DNA of 39,490 bases from a virus (taxonomy: Duplodnaviria > Caudoviricetes). This document shows, piece by piece, positions 25,342 to 35,007 of this stretch. The stretch is from IMG/VR virus record IMGVR_UViG_3300014656_000059, positions 1 through 39,490 of that record; one strand, written 5' to 3'. Below the pieces are notes generated by a model. It saw nothing but the letters and a program-made list of their open reading frames with translations. It was not told the origin of the DNA and did no database searches. Position numbers and translations under genes: made by a program. The stretch's first letter is position 1. Every line of letters begins with the position of its first letter.

Positions 25342-26214
25342 ATGGGTGGAATAGGAGAAGTAGTAAGCGGGGTTGCAGGAATAGCTGGAGCTTTCGGTGG
25401 TGGTGGAGACGACGAAGCCTCCGTACAACAAGTCCAAACAATGACACCGGAACAGGCGGCTCTTCTTAAGAGAATGTCAGAGTTGTCATTACAAGAAATA
25501 GAGAAGAGACCTGTACCGTATACTGATCAATTAACAGCCGGGCCATCAGCGTTACAACAGCAAATATTTGGTCAGGCTCAGAATTTGATTGGGACGGGAT
25601 TGCCGAGTTCTCTACAACAACAATTGTTTGGGGGACTAACGCAACGTTTTGGTGATTTCATGCGCTCTCCTCAACAGGTAGCACAGCAAGCTGGTGGAGT
25701 TTTTGACCAATCAGTAGCAAATCCAGCAAGAAGAGGGTTCCTCGAGGAACTTGCTCCACAATTACGAGAGCAGTTTATAGGGGCAAATGCTTTGAGTTCT
25801 AGTGGTTTTCAACGACAGCTTGCAAAGCAGGCGTCTAATCTAGAACAGGGTTTATCAGGCCAAAGAGCAGCATTTATTGATTCGGCTGATCAGCGTAGAC
25901 TACAAGATATACTAGGGGTTTCACAGATTGCACAACAGCAAGCTAATGTTCCGCAACAACAATTAAACCAATTATTGCAGGCGGGGATATTAGGTAGTGA
26001 ACAAAGAGGTATTGAGCAACAAGGTCTGAGCAACCAGTTATCAGAATTTTTAAGAGTGAACCAAGTACCGACTCCAGCATTAGCTGGATTATTAGGATTG
26101 CCACTCCAGGCATCGGCATTCCAACCAGTAGTACAAAGCCCGGCACCTTCACCATTTGCAGGATTGTTAGGTGGATTCGGAACTTCAATAGGTAAAAACC
26201 TGTTTAACTTATAG
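25342..26214 (+). CDS. Internal virion / DNA ejection protein
   Basis: Gly/Ala N-terminus, Gln-rich body; position. Confidence 0.65.
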   Translation: MGGIGEVVSGVAGIAGAFGGGGDDEASVQQVQTMTPEQAALLKRMSELSLQEIEKRPVPYTDQLTAGPSALQQQIFGQAQNLIGTGLPSSLQQQLFGGLTQRFGDFMRSPQQVAQQAGGVFDQSVANPARRGFLEELAPQLREQFIGANALSSSGFQRQLAKQASNLEQGLSGQRAAFIDSADQRRLQDILGVSQIAQQQANVPQQQLNQLLQAGILGSEQRGIEQQGLSNQLSEFLRVNQVPTPALAGLLGLPLQASAFQPVVQSPAPSPFAGLLGGFGTSIGKNLFNL

Positions 26215-26223
26215 GAGGTATTT

Positions 26224-27120
26224 ATGCCATTTCCAGTACAATTTATAGGACAAAAGCAACCATCTCCATTAAGTTATTTATTGGGGGGAGTTAGCCAAGG
26301 ATTAGATCAGAGTAGGGAAGCTAGGATATTAGAAGAGGTTTTAGGTAGTAGTCCAGCACAACAACAATTAGAGCAATCTCAAGCTCAGGGTGGAATATTT
26401 CCCACTCAACCACCTCAGCAATTGCCGCCCGGTGTTATGGATGAGATGCCAAGAAATCAAGGTGGTTTCGACCCTAATGCTGTGTTGCAAAAAATATTAT
26501 CGACACCAATGAGTCCGCAAACTAGACAGCAAGCTTTGCAGGCTTTACAGTTTCAAGTTGAACTTCAAAAAAAACAGCAGGCAACTGGTGGTTTATCTCC
26601 TCAACAGAAATCTAAAATACTTAAAAGCATTCCATCAGGAGCATCACAAAGAGAGATAATTAACGGTCTAATGGAACGAGGTGTTCCTCAAAAGGAAGCT
26701 GTTGAATTAGCAAAATCATTTTCAACACCAGTATCCTCTCAAAGCATGGAGAAAATTGATGCTCAAGCGACAAAAATACAATCAAGATTCAACGAAAGGA
26801 CGAAGTTAATTAGAAGTAAAGCAGATGCGTCTGTTAATCCATTAACAGGCATGCCAATGATTGATGTTAGTGGGAATCCTATTCCAGATTTTAACAATGA
26901 AAAAGGCAAACAGTTGTTAAAAGAATATAGTCAAGCTTACGATAACTTTATCAACGATGTAAATCGGCTTTACATCAAAAACGGGTTGCCAATCCCACCG
27001 GATATTGAAAGGCAAATAGATGAAATTGAATCTGAAATTAATAATGCAAAAATTGATAAGCAAGAAGGAACACAACAAGCACAACCAAGACCTCCTTTGA
27101 ATGAAATATTTGGCAGGTAA
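26224..27120 (+). CDS. Internal virion / DNA ejection protein
   Basis: Gln-rich; lies between ejection genes. Confidence 0.6.
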   Translation: MPFPVQFIGQKQPSPLSYLLGGVSQGLDQSREARILEEVLGSSPAQQQLEQSQAQGGIFPTQPPQQLPPGVMDEMPRNQGGFDPNAVLQKILSTPMSPQTRQQALQALQFQVELQKKQQATGGLSPQQKSKILKSIPSGASQREIINGLMERGVPQKEAVELAKSFSTPVSSQSMEKIDAQATKIQSRFNERTKLIRSKADASVNPLTGMPMIDVSGNPIPDFNNEKGKQLLKEYSQAYDNFINDVNRLYIKNGLPIPPDIERQIDEIESEINNAKIDKQEGTQQAQPRPPLNEIFGR

Positions 27121-27122
27121 AA

Positions 27123-30100
27123 ATGACTACTAAGTTTATAAACCCGGTGGTTGAGGCTCGTAAATCTGGTTATAGTGATGAAGAGATAACTACTTATTTA
27201 TCTAATAATTTTCCAGAGTTCGAACCATCTATTGAGAAAGCACAACAAGCTCAGTATAATCCTAAAGAGATTGCTGATTATTTAATGGGTGAGATTGCTG
27301 TAGATCAACTTAAGCAATCATTCCCTGCCCACGCTAAAGAAATGGATGCGCTTCGCAAAGAAGGATTAACGGGAACTCAGATCATAGAATCATTTTCTAA
27401 AAAGATTCAAAAAAGCACAGAGGTTCCAAGTAAAACAAAGCAATTGGGGCAAGCATTCCAACAATTAAAAACTGACATTAATGAGGGCATTCAAAACCAA
27501 TTAATCCAGCCATTCACTGAAGGATTGCAAGAATCCGTATCTGGTATTGTTACTGGTCAACATCCCTCCTTGCAAGAACAGGCTCTTAGACAGCAAAATC
27601 CAGGTTCATTTGTAGAGGATATAGCTCGATCAGCCGGGGGATTAGCCGGTGATTTACCTGCTATGACAGTTGGAGGTTTAGCAGGTGGAGCATTAGGTAC
27701 TGGTATCGCCGGTCCAATTGGAGGGGCTATTGGTGGTGGAGCTGCTGCTTTTGCCACGCCAACATTGATCAAATCAGGATTTCGAGAATATAAAGAACTT
27801 GTAGCAAATAATGAAAAGCTTAGTGATCTTTCGATGGGTGAAGTTCTTGAGAGCATTGGTGATATAGCTAAAGATACTTCGATATCAGGTGCCACCGGAG
27901 CATTGGTAGCATTAAATCCATATCTTGGTGTACTAAAAAAAATCCCAGTAGGAAATAAATTATTAAACGCTAAGGTTCTCGGTAAGGCTTTAAAATTCGG
28001 TACAGAGTTAGCTTCATTAGAAACTGTTCCAAGTATTCAACGAGGTGAGCTGCCATCACCTACAGAATTGGCTAAATCAGCTATAGTTCTAACAGGATTT
28101 AAATTTTCAAAAGCAACTGGCCAAAAACTACTTCAGTTTGCAAAAAAAGTAAAAATGAAACGCGCTCCTTTCGAAAAACTTTTGGAAGGATTGAGTGAAG
28201 GAGAAATCGACAAGATATCGGCAGCTAAAAATCTTGGACAGGTTGAAGAAATTTTGGCAATGAAAGCCAAGCGAATACAAGAGCCTTCGCAAAAACCACT
28301 TCAACCATTAGCAGCAAAAGTAGAGCCCTTTGAAAAAATACCTGTACAAAAGATACTAAAACAGGCACCGGAAACAAAAATTGTTACGCAGGCTAAAGAA
28401 TCTAAAACAACCTTTGGTTTGAAGAAAGGAAATGTTTTTGCCATGGCGAAGGGGAAACCAAGCCCCGGACAAGAACCTTTAAAACCAAAGATTGGAGAAG
28501 CTCTAACCCCAAAGACATCTGATATAATTCGCAATTTCCAAAAAGATTTTAACACACCAATAAGATTTGGAAAAATTGCTCCGGCACGAAAAGCTCTTGG
28601 TATATTCAAAAGCGACTCTGGTGTAGTAAGAATTAAAAGTGCTAATGATGTTGAGGCAGCGAGCCATGAAGTTGGTCATGTTCTACATTCTAAGTTATGG
28701 AAAAATACAAAGGCAATGTCAAGAGATTTGAAACCTTTTATTAAAGAACTTGAGCCGTTGGCCATTGGAAAGAAATCCGCACAAGAAGGATTTGCTGAGT
28801 TTAGTAGAATGTATGTTACCAATCCAAATGGTGCGCAGAAATTAGCTCCAAAATTCTTTAAATACTTTGAAAATACCATGGGAGAAAAAGCTCCCAAGCT
28901 TAAACAATCGTTGCTTAATGCAAGAGATGCTTACGATAAATTTCTTAATGCCTCTCCAGAAGGACGAGTTTTTTCAATGATTGATGTACAGGGTGATAAA
29001 GGTATAGTTCAAAGAACCGGAGAATGGTTAACGCAAAAGTTTTCGCCAGACAAGCTAAAAACAGAGCTTCTAGACGATTTGTTTGCTCTTAAGAGGGTGG
29101 TTGCTGATGTTGTTGGTATAAAGCCCGTAGACGTAGAAAATTGGCGGTCTCCGTTAAATGTATATGTTGCAGCGAGAAACTTTAAGGGGCATGTTCGGAA
29201 AGGTGATGTGTTTCTTGAACACGAAACATTCGATACTAATTTAAATAAAATTGGAAAGCCGCTGAGAAAAATTTTAAAACCCATGGAAACACGTGAGGAT
29301 TTAAATAATCTCCGTACGTATTTAGTTGCTAAACGTGGGTTGGTTAAAAATAAGCAGGGTTTCAAGACAGGAATACGCAGTGAAGATGCCAAAGCAGTTG
29401 TTAAGAAACTGGGAAAAAAATACGAACCAGTTGCTAGAGAGATCCAGCAATATCAAGATACACTTCTTAAATATGTCAAAGATTCGGGCTTGCTTAGTGA
29501 AGAATCATTCAAGAAAATAAAACAGGCCAACGATGATTATATTCCTTTTTATCGTGTTTTTGAAGCTGATGAAATAGCTTCATCTGGTTCTGGTAGAAAA
29601 GGTTTAGAGGCCAAGGTTCCGACAAAGAGATTTAAAGGAAGTACAAGAGATATTGTCGACCCATTAGAAAGTATTATTAAGAATACATATACAATGCTCG
29701 AAATGGCAGACCGCAACACTGTTGGTCAGCAACTTGTAAAGCTTACCTATATTTCTAAAGATGGAGGAAAGTTTGTTGAGAAGATTCCTCCCCCTTTAAA
29801 AATTGAAAAGCTATCTAAACAAGAGGCATTACAATCTATTAAACGGGATATGAAAAAAGGAAAGATATCTCTTAGTGAAATGGAAAAAAATCTTGCTTTC
29901 TATGAGAAGACATTGCCTCAAGAATTATCTGTTTTTAAACCTAGCGCTCATTCTCCAATGGAGAATATTATTTCAGTTTGGTTTGATGGTAAAAGAAAAT
30001 TCTTTAAAGTCTCCCCAGAAATTAATAAAGTTTGGAAAGAGGGTTTATCTAGTCACGATTCTAATATATTGACTAGTATTTTTAAAATTCCCGCTAGAAC

Positions 30101-31691
30101 TTTAAGAGCTGGTGCTATCCTTAACCCTAGATTCGTGCAGAAAAACTTTGTTCGTGATTGGTTAGGTAGTGCTGTTTTCACCAAATCTAATTTGAATCCT
30201 ATCTACGATCCAATACGTGGATTATTTAGCAGTATAAAAGCTGACAAAACTTATGTTGAATGGTTGAAGTCGGGCGGTGGAATGGCAACAATGCAATCAC
30301 TTGATAGACCTGGATCAGCAAAAAGATTATCCCAACTTCGCGAAGATGTTTTCTTCAAAGATATTTCAGAATCAAAAACTTTTGGTGAAGCATTTAAAAA
30401 TGTTCTTAAACGCGGTAAGCAAGTATTAAAGCATCCCATCGAAAAAGGATTAAGAGCAGCGTCAGAACTTTCAGAAGAGGCGAATAGATTGTCTGAATTT
30501 AGAAAAGCCTTAACTCAATTACCAAAAACAAGAGAAGGGAAAGAGTTTGCTGCATTCATGTCTAGAGACTTGTCAATTGACTTTGCTAAAATAGGTTTGA
30601 AGACTAGGGCATTGAACCAAATAATTCCGTTTTGGAATGCCACAATTCAAGGCACAGATAAACTAATCAGAACAGCTATGCAAAACCCAAAGATTGCTGG
30701 TGAAGCAGCTTTTAGAGCATTTGTTGGTATATCATTGCCATCATTATTACTCCAGTTTGTAAATGAGGGAGATCCAGATATTGCCGAATTGCAAGAACAA
30801 GAAAAGGATTTTAACTTTATAACTAAGATTAACGGTAAGATTATAAAGATTCCTGTTCCATTTGAAGTTGGATTATTATTTCATGGACTGGCTCGTAGAT
30901 CATATGAATATTTAAAGGAAAACAACCCAAAGGCATGGGAGGGTTTTGCCAATAATATTATTCAAGGAACAACTCCAGGTTTGATTCCACAACTAGCGTT
31001 GCCATTTGCCGAAACAGTGGCAAACAAAAACTTTTTCACTGGTGGGAAAATTATTCCTAGAGCACAAGAGGGTTTAATCTCTTCATTACAGACAAAAACT
31101 TTTACTAGCGACACTGCAAAATTAATAGCAAAGGGTTTTGAGTACATGCCAAAACTTTGGAAGGGAGAGAGAGCTTATGAAAGCAAGTGGGCATCTCCTG
31201 TAATTATAGATCATTTCATTAGGGAATGGACCGCCGGACTTGGAGCTATTACTATTCAAGTAATGGATGAGGTTTTGAAACAGTCGGGGTTAGGTAGTGA
31301 TATTGTAAAACCCAAACAATCTGCTTTAGACCGCTTCGGATTTAATGCTTTCATTGCAAGATATCCTAAAGCGAGTACTAGTAGTATAGAACAATTTTAT
31401 GACAATTATTTTAAAGCGAAAAAAATAAAAGCTTCGGTTAAATTTCTTTCAAAAGAGGGTGATATTAAAGAAGCACAAGCTGTCTATAAACTAGATAATA
31501 CTCCTGCGCTAGACGATGCATATAAAGCAATGTCAAATATGCAGGCAATGGTTAACATGATTTTCAAAGATAAAGATATGACAGCTGAAGAAAAGCGAGA
31601 GTTTATTGATAACATGTATCTTCAAATGACAACATTCGCTAGAGAAGCAAATAAACAGGTAGAAGCTTTTATTAAACGAGACAAAAAATAA
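27123..31691 (+). CDS. Large ejection/polyvalent protein with HExxH zincin-like motif and LPD38-like domain
   Basis: ARKSGYSDEEI repeats, Gly-rich hydrophobic patch, HEVGH...EGFAEF, SRDLSIDFAKIG...IPFWNATIQG. Confidence 0.75.
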   Translation: MTTKFINPVVEARKSGYSDEEITTYLSNNFPEFEPSIEKAQQAQYNPKEIADYLMGEIAVDQLKQSFPAHAKEMDALRKEGLTGTQIIESFSKKIQKSTEVPSKTKQLGQAFQQLKTDINEGIQNQLIQPFTEGLQESVSGIVTGQHPSLQEQALRQQNPGSFVEDIARSAGGLAGDLPAMTVGGLAGGALGTGIAGPIGGAIGGGAAAFATPTLIKSGFREYKELVANNEKLSDLSMGEVLESIGDIAKDTSISGATGALVALNPYLGVLKKIPVGNKLLNAKVLGKALKFGTELASLETVPSIQRGELPSPTELAKSAIVLTGFKFSKATGQKLLQFAKKVKMKRAPFEKLLEGLSEGEIDKISAAKNLGQVEEILAMKAKRIQEPSQKPLQPLAAKVEPFEKIPVQKILKQAPETKIVTQAKESKTTFGLKKGNVFAMAKGKPSPGQEPLKPKIGEALTPKTSDIIRNFQKDFNTPIRFGKIAPARKALGIFKSDSGVVRIKSANDVEAASHEVGHVLHSKLWKNTKAMSRDLKPFIKELEPLAIGKKSAQEGFAEFSRMYVTNPNGAQKLAPKFFKYFENTMGEKAPKLKQSLLNARDAYDKFLNASPEGRVFSMIDVQGDKGIVQRTGEWLTQKFSPDKLKTELLDDLFALKRVVADVVGIKPVDVENWRSPLNVYVAARNFKGHVRKGDVFLEHETFDTNLNKIGKPLRKILKPMETREDLNNLRTYLVAKRGLVKNKQGFKTGIRSEDAKAVVKKLGKKYEPVAREIQQYQDTLLKYVKDSGLLSEESFKKIKQANDDYIPFYRVFEADEIASSGSGRKGLEAKVPTKRFKGSTRDIVDPLESIIKNTYTMLEMADRNTVGQQLVKLTYISKDGGKFVEKIPPPLKIEKLSKQEALQSIKRDMKKGKISLSEMEKNLAFYEKTLPQELSVFKPSAHSPMENIISVWFDGKRKFFKVSPEINKVWKEGLSSHDSNILTSIFKIPARTLRAGAILNPRFVQKNFVRDWLGSAVFTKSNLNPIYDPIRGLFSSIKADKTYVEWLKSGGGMATMQSLDRPGSAKRLSQLREDVFFKDISESKTFGEAFKNVLKRGKQVLKHPIEKGLRAASELSEEANRLSEFRKALTQLPKTREGKEFAAFMSRDLSIDFAKIGLKTRALNQIIPFWNATIQGTDKLIRTAMQNPKIAGEAAFRAFVGISLPSLLLQFVNEGDPDIAELQEQEKDFNFITKINGKIIKIPVPFEVGLLFHGLARRSYEYLKENNPKAWEGFANNIIQGTTPGLIPQLALPFAETVANKNFFTGGKIIPRAQEGLISSLQTKTFTSDTAKLIAKGFEYMPKLWKGERAYESKWASPVIIDHFIREWTAGLGAITIQVMDEVLKQSGLGSDIVKPKQSALDRFGFNAFIARYPKASTSSIEQFYDNYFKAKKIKASVKFLSKEGDIKEAQAVYKLDNTPALDDAYKAMSNMQAMVNMIFKDKDMTAEEKREFIDNMYLQMTTFAREANKQVEAFIKRDKK

Positions 31692-31736
31692 ATAGACACA
31701 ATCAAAAATGGTTGTGAATAATCATGGAGGATTATT

Positions 31737-33737
31737 ATGGCATTCGTACATCCAAAAGACCGAGGACGTCCATTAGCGACAACAGACAGAGCTGGTATTG
31801 CTCAATTTAGTAGCTCAAATTTTTCAGTTTCCGAAGGTGTAGTTTCACTTTCCGGCAGCGCATTAACTACTTTTGCGGCATTAACTGATACAAATATCAC
31901 AACACCAACATCCGGTCAAATCCCGATTTATGACGGAACCAACTCTTGGGATAACAAATCTGTTTCAGGAGATATTACACTTTCAAATGCCGGTGTTGCA
32001 GCTATTGCATCCGGTGTAATTATCAATACTGATGTTAAATCAGATGCTGCAATTGCATTTAGCAAACTAGCTGCTTTAACAACAGGTAGTGTTCTTGTTG
32101 GTGCAGCCAACGTAGCAGCAGCACTTGATGGTAAAGGTGACGGCAAGGTACTTGTTGGTAATGGAACAACAATGACATCAGTCGCAATTTCTGGTGATGT
32201 AACACTAGCTAACACAGGTGCCACAACTGTTACAGATTTAACTATTACATCCGAAGCGCAAGGTGATGTTTTATATTTTAATGGAACAAATTGGGTAAGA
32301 TTGGCAGCGGGAACAGCGGGTCAAAGCCTTGTTACTGCCGGTGCAGCATCTAATCCATATTGGGGAACACCATCATCTGGATCATCCGACACATTACTTT
32401 CTCCATTTACTGTTGAAGGCGGAACTTATGATCCCGCTACAACTGTAACAACACAAACAACATCAGCGGCTGCATTAACAATTCCAGATTTAGGTGGTGT
32501 TGCTCAAGAGTGGTGTTTTACTAAACAAGCACAAACATTAGAAAACAAAACTTTAACAGCTCCAATTATTGCAACTGGTGGAAAAATTGTTGACGCTGGC
32601 GGAGATGAATATATTGTATTTACAGAAGATACAACTCCCGTAACTTATATTGGAATTACAAGCGGTGATACAGGCGTTGCCCCTATCGTTTCCGGTGCAG
32701 GTGAAACTAATACTCATTTAATGCTTAAAGGAACAGGAACGGGTAATGTTCAGATAGCTGATGGTGGTGATATAACAGCTATTGTACAATTTGAACTTGA
32801 TGGAGCAACAACCGGTAAGACAATGACATTGACTCATTCTCATACTGATGACAGAACTATCACCTTCCCAGATGCTACCGATACTCTTGTTGGTAAAGCA
32901 ACTACCGACACTCTTACAAATAAAACACTGACTACTCCCATCATTGCAACAACTGGTTATATTGCTGACGCTGGTGGAGATGAATATTTACAATTCATAG
33001 AATCTACCACGCCTGTTAACCACATTGTTGTTACTCAAGGCGACACCGGTGTTTCTCCAATGATAACATCTGGCGGGGAAGCGAACATTCCATTAATGTT
33101 ACACGGTAATGGAACAGGTAACGTTCAGATTACTGATGGCGGTGATATCACAGCTAAAATGGAGTTTGAACTTGATGGAGCAACGACTGGTAAGACAATG
33201 ACTATTGTCTCCTCTCAAGATGGAGATTATTCATTAACACTACCAAACGCTACCGATACTCTTGTTGGTAAAGCAACTACTGATACTCTTACAAACAAAA
33301 CAATCGACTGTGCTGGAACAGGCAACGTCATTACAAACGTTGATATAGAAGAGCTTCAAGCTGAAACAATTCCAGCGGCTGACGGTAATAGTGTTACCAT
33401 CGTAGATGGTCTTATTATGGCTAAAGTAACTAACAACGCTACCAACTTTACTATTTACAACGCTAATGCTCCTTATGCCTTTATGGTTATCGATGCTTGG
33501 AGCGTGAATATTTCTGGTGATGGCGGAACCTGGAAGCTTAATGATGGCAACGCTGGTGGTGGAACTGATATTACTGATGTTGTTACTGTTGCTGCTTCTG
33601 ATACTGATATAGATCGCATTACAACTCTTGATGATGCCGCGGCACAAATTGCTGCAAGCGGATCTTTGTCTGTTGTCTTCGATGGCGGTGGAGCACTAGA
33701 TGCATATATTTTCATTAGAATAGCACGTCTAGCTTAG
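31737..33737 (+). CDS. Tail fibre-like protein with 125-aa internal duplication
   Basis: Thr/Gly-rich; TDTLVGKATTDTLTNKT repeats. Confidence 0.7.
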   Translation: MAFVHPKDRGRPLATTDRAGIAQFSSSNFSVSEGVVSLSGSALTTFAALTDTNITTPTSGQIPIYDGTNSWDNKSVSGDITLSNAGVAAIASGVIINTDVKSDAAIAFSKLAALTTGSVLVGAANVAAALDGKGDGKVLVGNGTTMTSVAISGDVTLANTGATTVTDLTITSEAQGDVLYFNGTNWVRLAAGTAGQSLVTAGAASNPYWGTPSSGSSDTLLSPFTVEGGTYDPATTVTTQTTSAAALTIPDLGGVAQEWCFTKQAQTLENKTLTAPIIATGGKIVDAGGDEYIVFTEDTTPVTYIGITSGDTGVAPIVSGAGETNTHLMLKGTGTGNVQIADGGDITAIVQFELDGATTGKTMTLTHSHTDDRTITFPDATDTLVGKATTDTLTNKTLTTPIIATTGYIADAGGDEYLQFIESTTPVNHIVVTQGDTGVSPMITSGGEANIPLMLHGNGTGNVQITDGGDITAKMEFELDGATTGKTMTIVSSQDGDYSLTLPNATDTLVGKATTDTLTNKTIDCAGTGNVITNVDIEELQAETIPAADGNSVTIVDGLIMAKVTNNATNFTIYNANAPYAFMVIDAWSVNISGDGGTWKLNDGNAGGGTDITDVVTVAASDTDIDRITTLDDAAAQIAASGSLSVVFDGGGALDAYIFIRIARLA

Positions 33738-33752
33738 GACAATTAAAACTTC

Positions 33753-33772
33753 GGGCAGCTTCGGCTGCCCTT
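33753..33772 (+). terminator. C(UUCG)G hairpin, probable terminator or mRNA stabiliser
   Basis: GGGCAGC-TTCG-GCTGCCC with a short T tail. Confidence 0.65.
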
Positions 33773-33787
33773 AAATCAGAGGTAATT

Positions 33788-34648
33788 ATGACTGATAAGA
33801 AAATAGGCGAAGTAGATACATTGGTATCCTTTTTAGCGCGTCCAATTCAAGAATTAGAAAGAAAAGTAGAATCTGAAAAAGAAATAAATCATGAGCAGAT
33901 CCATCAAATTCTGATGAATATGGAAATACTAGCTAGCGAAATGGAATCTTTGAATAAACAAATCAAGGAAACCAACAATTTTCCAATTCGTTTTGAAACG
34001 AGAGTTTCCGCAATGGAGAATTTAGTTAAGCATGTTCTTCCTCAGGGGGAGAGTATTAAAAAATTATTGAGTGATACTAAGAATTATGCCGAGAATATTG
34101 GCGCTCTTAAGGATCATGAAAGATTCATCGAAGAGCAAGCCAAATCATTTGCACTTTTAAAGAAAAACTCTTCAGATTATTTTTCTGTTTTGAAAGAAGA
34201 AATATCTGATTTGTTCCAAAAGAATGATCAGGTTAAAGATAATTTAAGAGCTGTTGATGATGAAAACAGAAAGGCAATAAAATCTGTCTCAGAGGCTGAT
34301 CTTGATCACTATAAGAATCAAGAAGAGAAAATTCAAGAATTGTATCTTTTGATCCCAAAGTTAGAGCATAAAATTTGTGATCTAAATAGCAAGGTTGATT
34401 CAGTAAATAAAAACTTATTAGAAAATGTTCAGTCTCATTTTAAAGAATTGTGCAAAAAATACGATGATCTAAGAGTACAAAACAAAGAAGAGTTTGAGTC
34501 AGTTGATAAACGCTTAGGTGATATAGAATTTAAAATTGAAAAAGACGACCATAATTATGAGAAATATTACAAGACAATAGAAGTTTTGGAGATGAGATGT
34601 GACAAATTAATTTTGTCCATAAAATCTTTGGAAGCAAAAATACAATAA
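33788..34648 (+). CDS. Coiled-coil hypothetical protein
   Basis: Heptad-rich Glu/Lys composition. Confidence 0.75.
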   Translation: MTDKKIGEVDTLVSFLARPIQELERKVESEKEINHEQIHQILMNMEILASEMESLNKQIKETNNFPIRFETRVSAMENLVKHVLPQGESIKKLLSDTKNYAENIGALKDHERFIEEQAKSFALLKKNSSDYFSVLKEEISDLFQKNDQVKDNLRAVDDENRKAIKSVSEADLDHYKNQEEKIQELYLLIPKLEHKICDLNSKVDSVNKNLLENVQSHFKELCKKYDDLRVQNKEEFESVDKRLGDIEFKIEKDDHNYEKYYKTIEVLEMRCDKLILSIKSLEAKIQ

Positions 34649-34650
34649 TT

Positions 34651-34668
34651 GGCGGTCTAAAGACCGCC
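34651..34668 (+). other. Intergenic hairpin
   Basis: GGCGGTC-TAAA-GACCGCC without a T-run. Confidence 0.55.
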
Positions 34669-34684
34669 TAATCTGGAGGTGATT

Positions 34685-35005
34685 ATGGGACTTTTAACAG
34701 TAGAATTAAAAGAGTTCAATTCTGCTAGTTTAACTAGCGAGTATCAAAATTTTGGCTCAACACTAAGTGGATCGGCAATTAAAATACAATTTCTAAACAC
34801 GTCAACTGTTGATGCTTATGTTACAGATGGTACGAGTACATTTAGAATTCCTTCATCAACGACAGTAACTTTTGATGAAGCCAATCCTAAAACAAGCAAG
34901 TCTGATTCAAACAATTATCTTGCCAGTGGTGCTCAGCTGCAAATTAAACAAGTAACAGGGGCAGGAAGCGGAACTGTGATTGCTCATGTGATAACCAAGA
35001 GGTAA
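34685..35005 (+). CDS. Small beta-rich structural protein
   Basis: GGAGG SD; precedes the main fibre gene. Confidence 0.65.
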   Translation: MGLLTVELKEFNSASLTSEYQNFGSTLSGSAIKIQFLNTSTVDAYVTDGTSTFRIPSSTTVTFDEANPKTSKSDSNNYLASGAQLQIKQVTGAGSGTVIAHVITKR

Positions 35006-35007
35006 TT

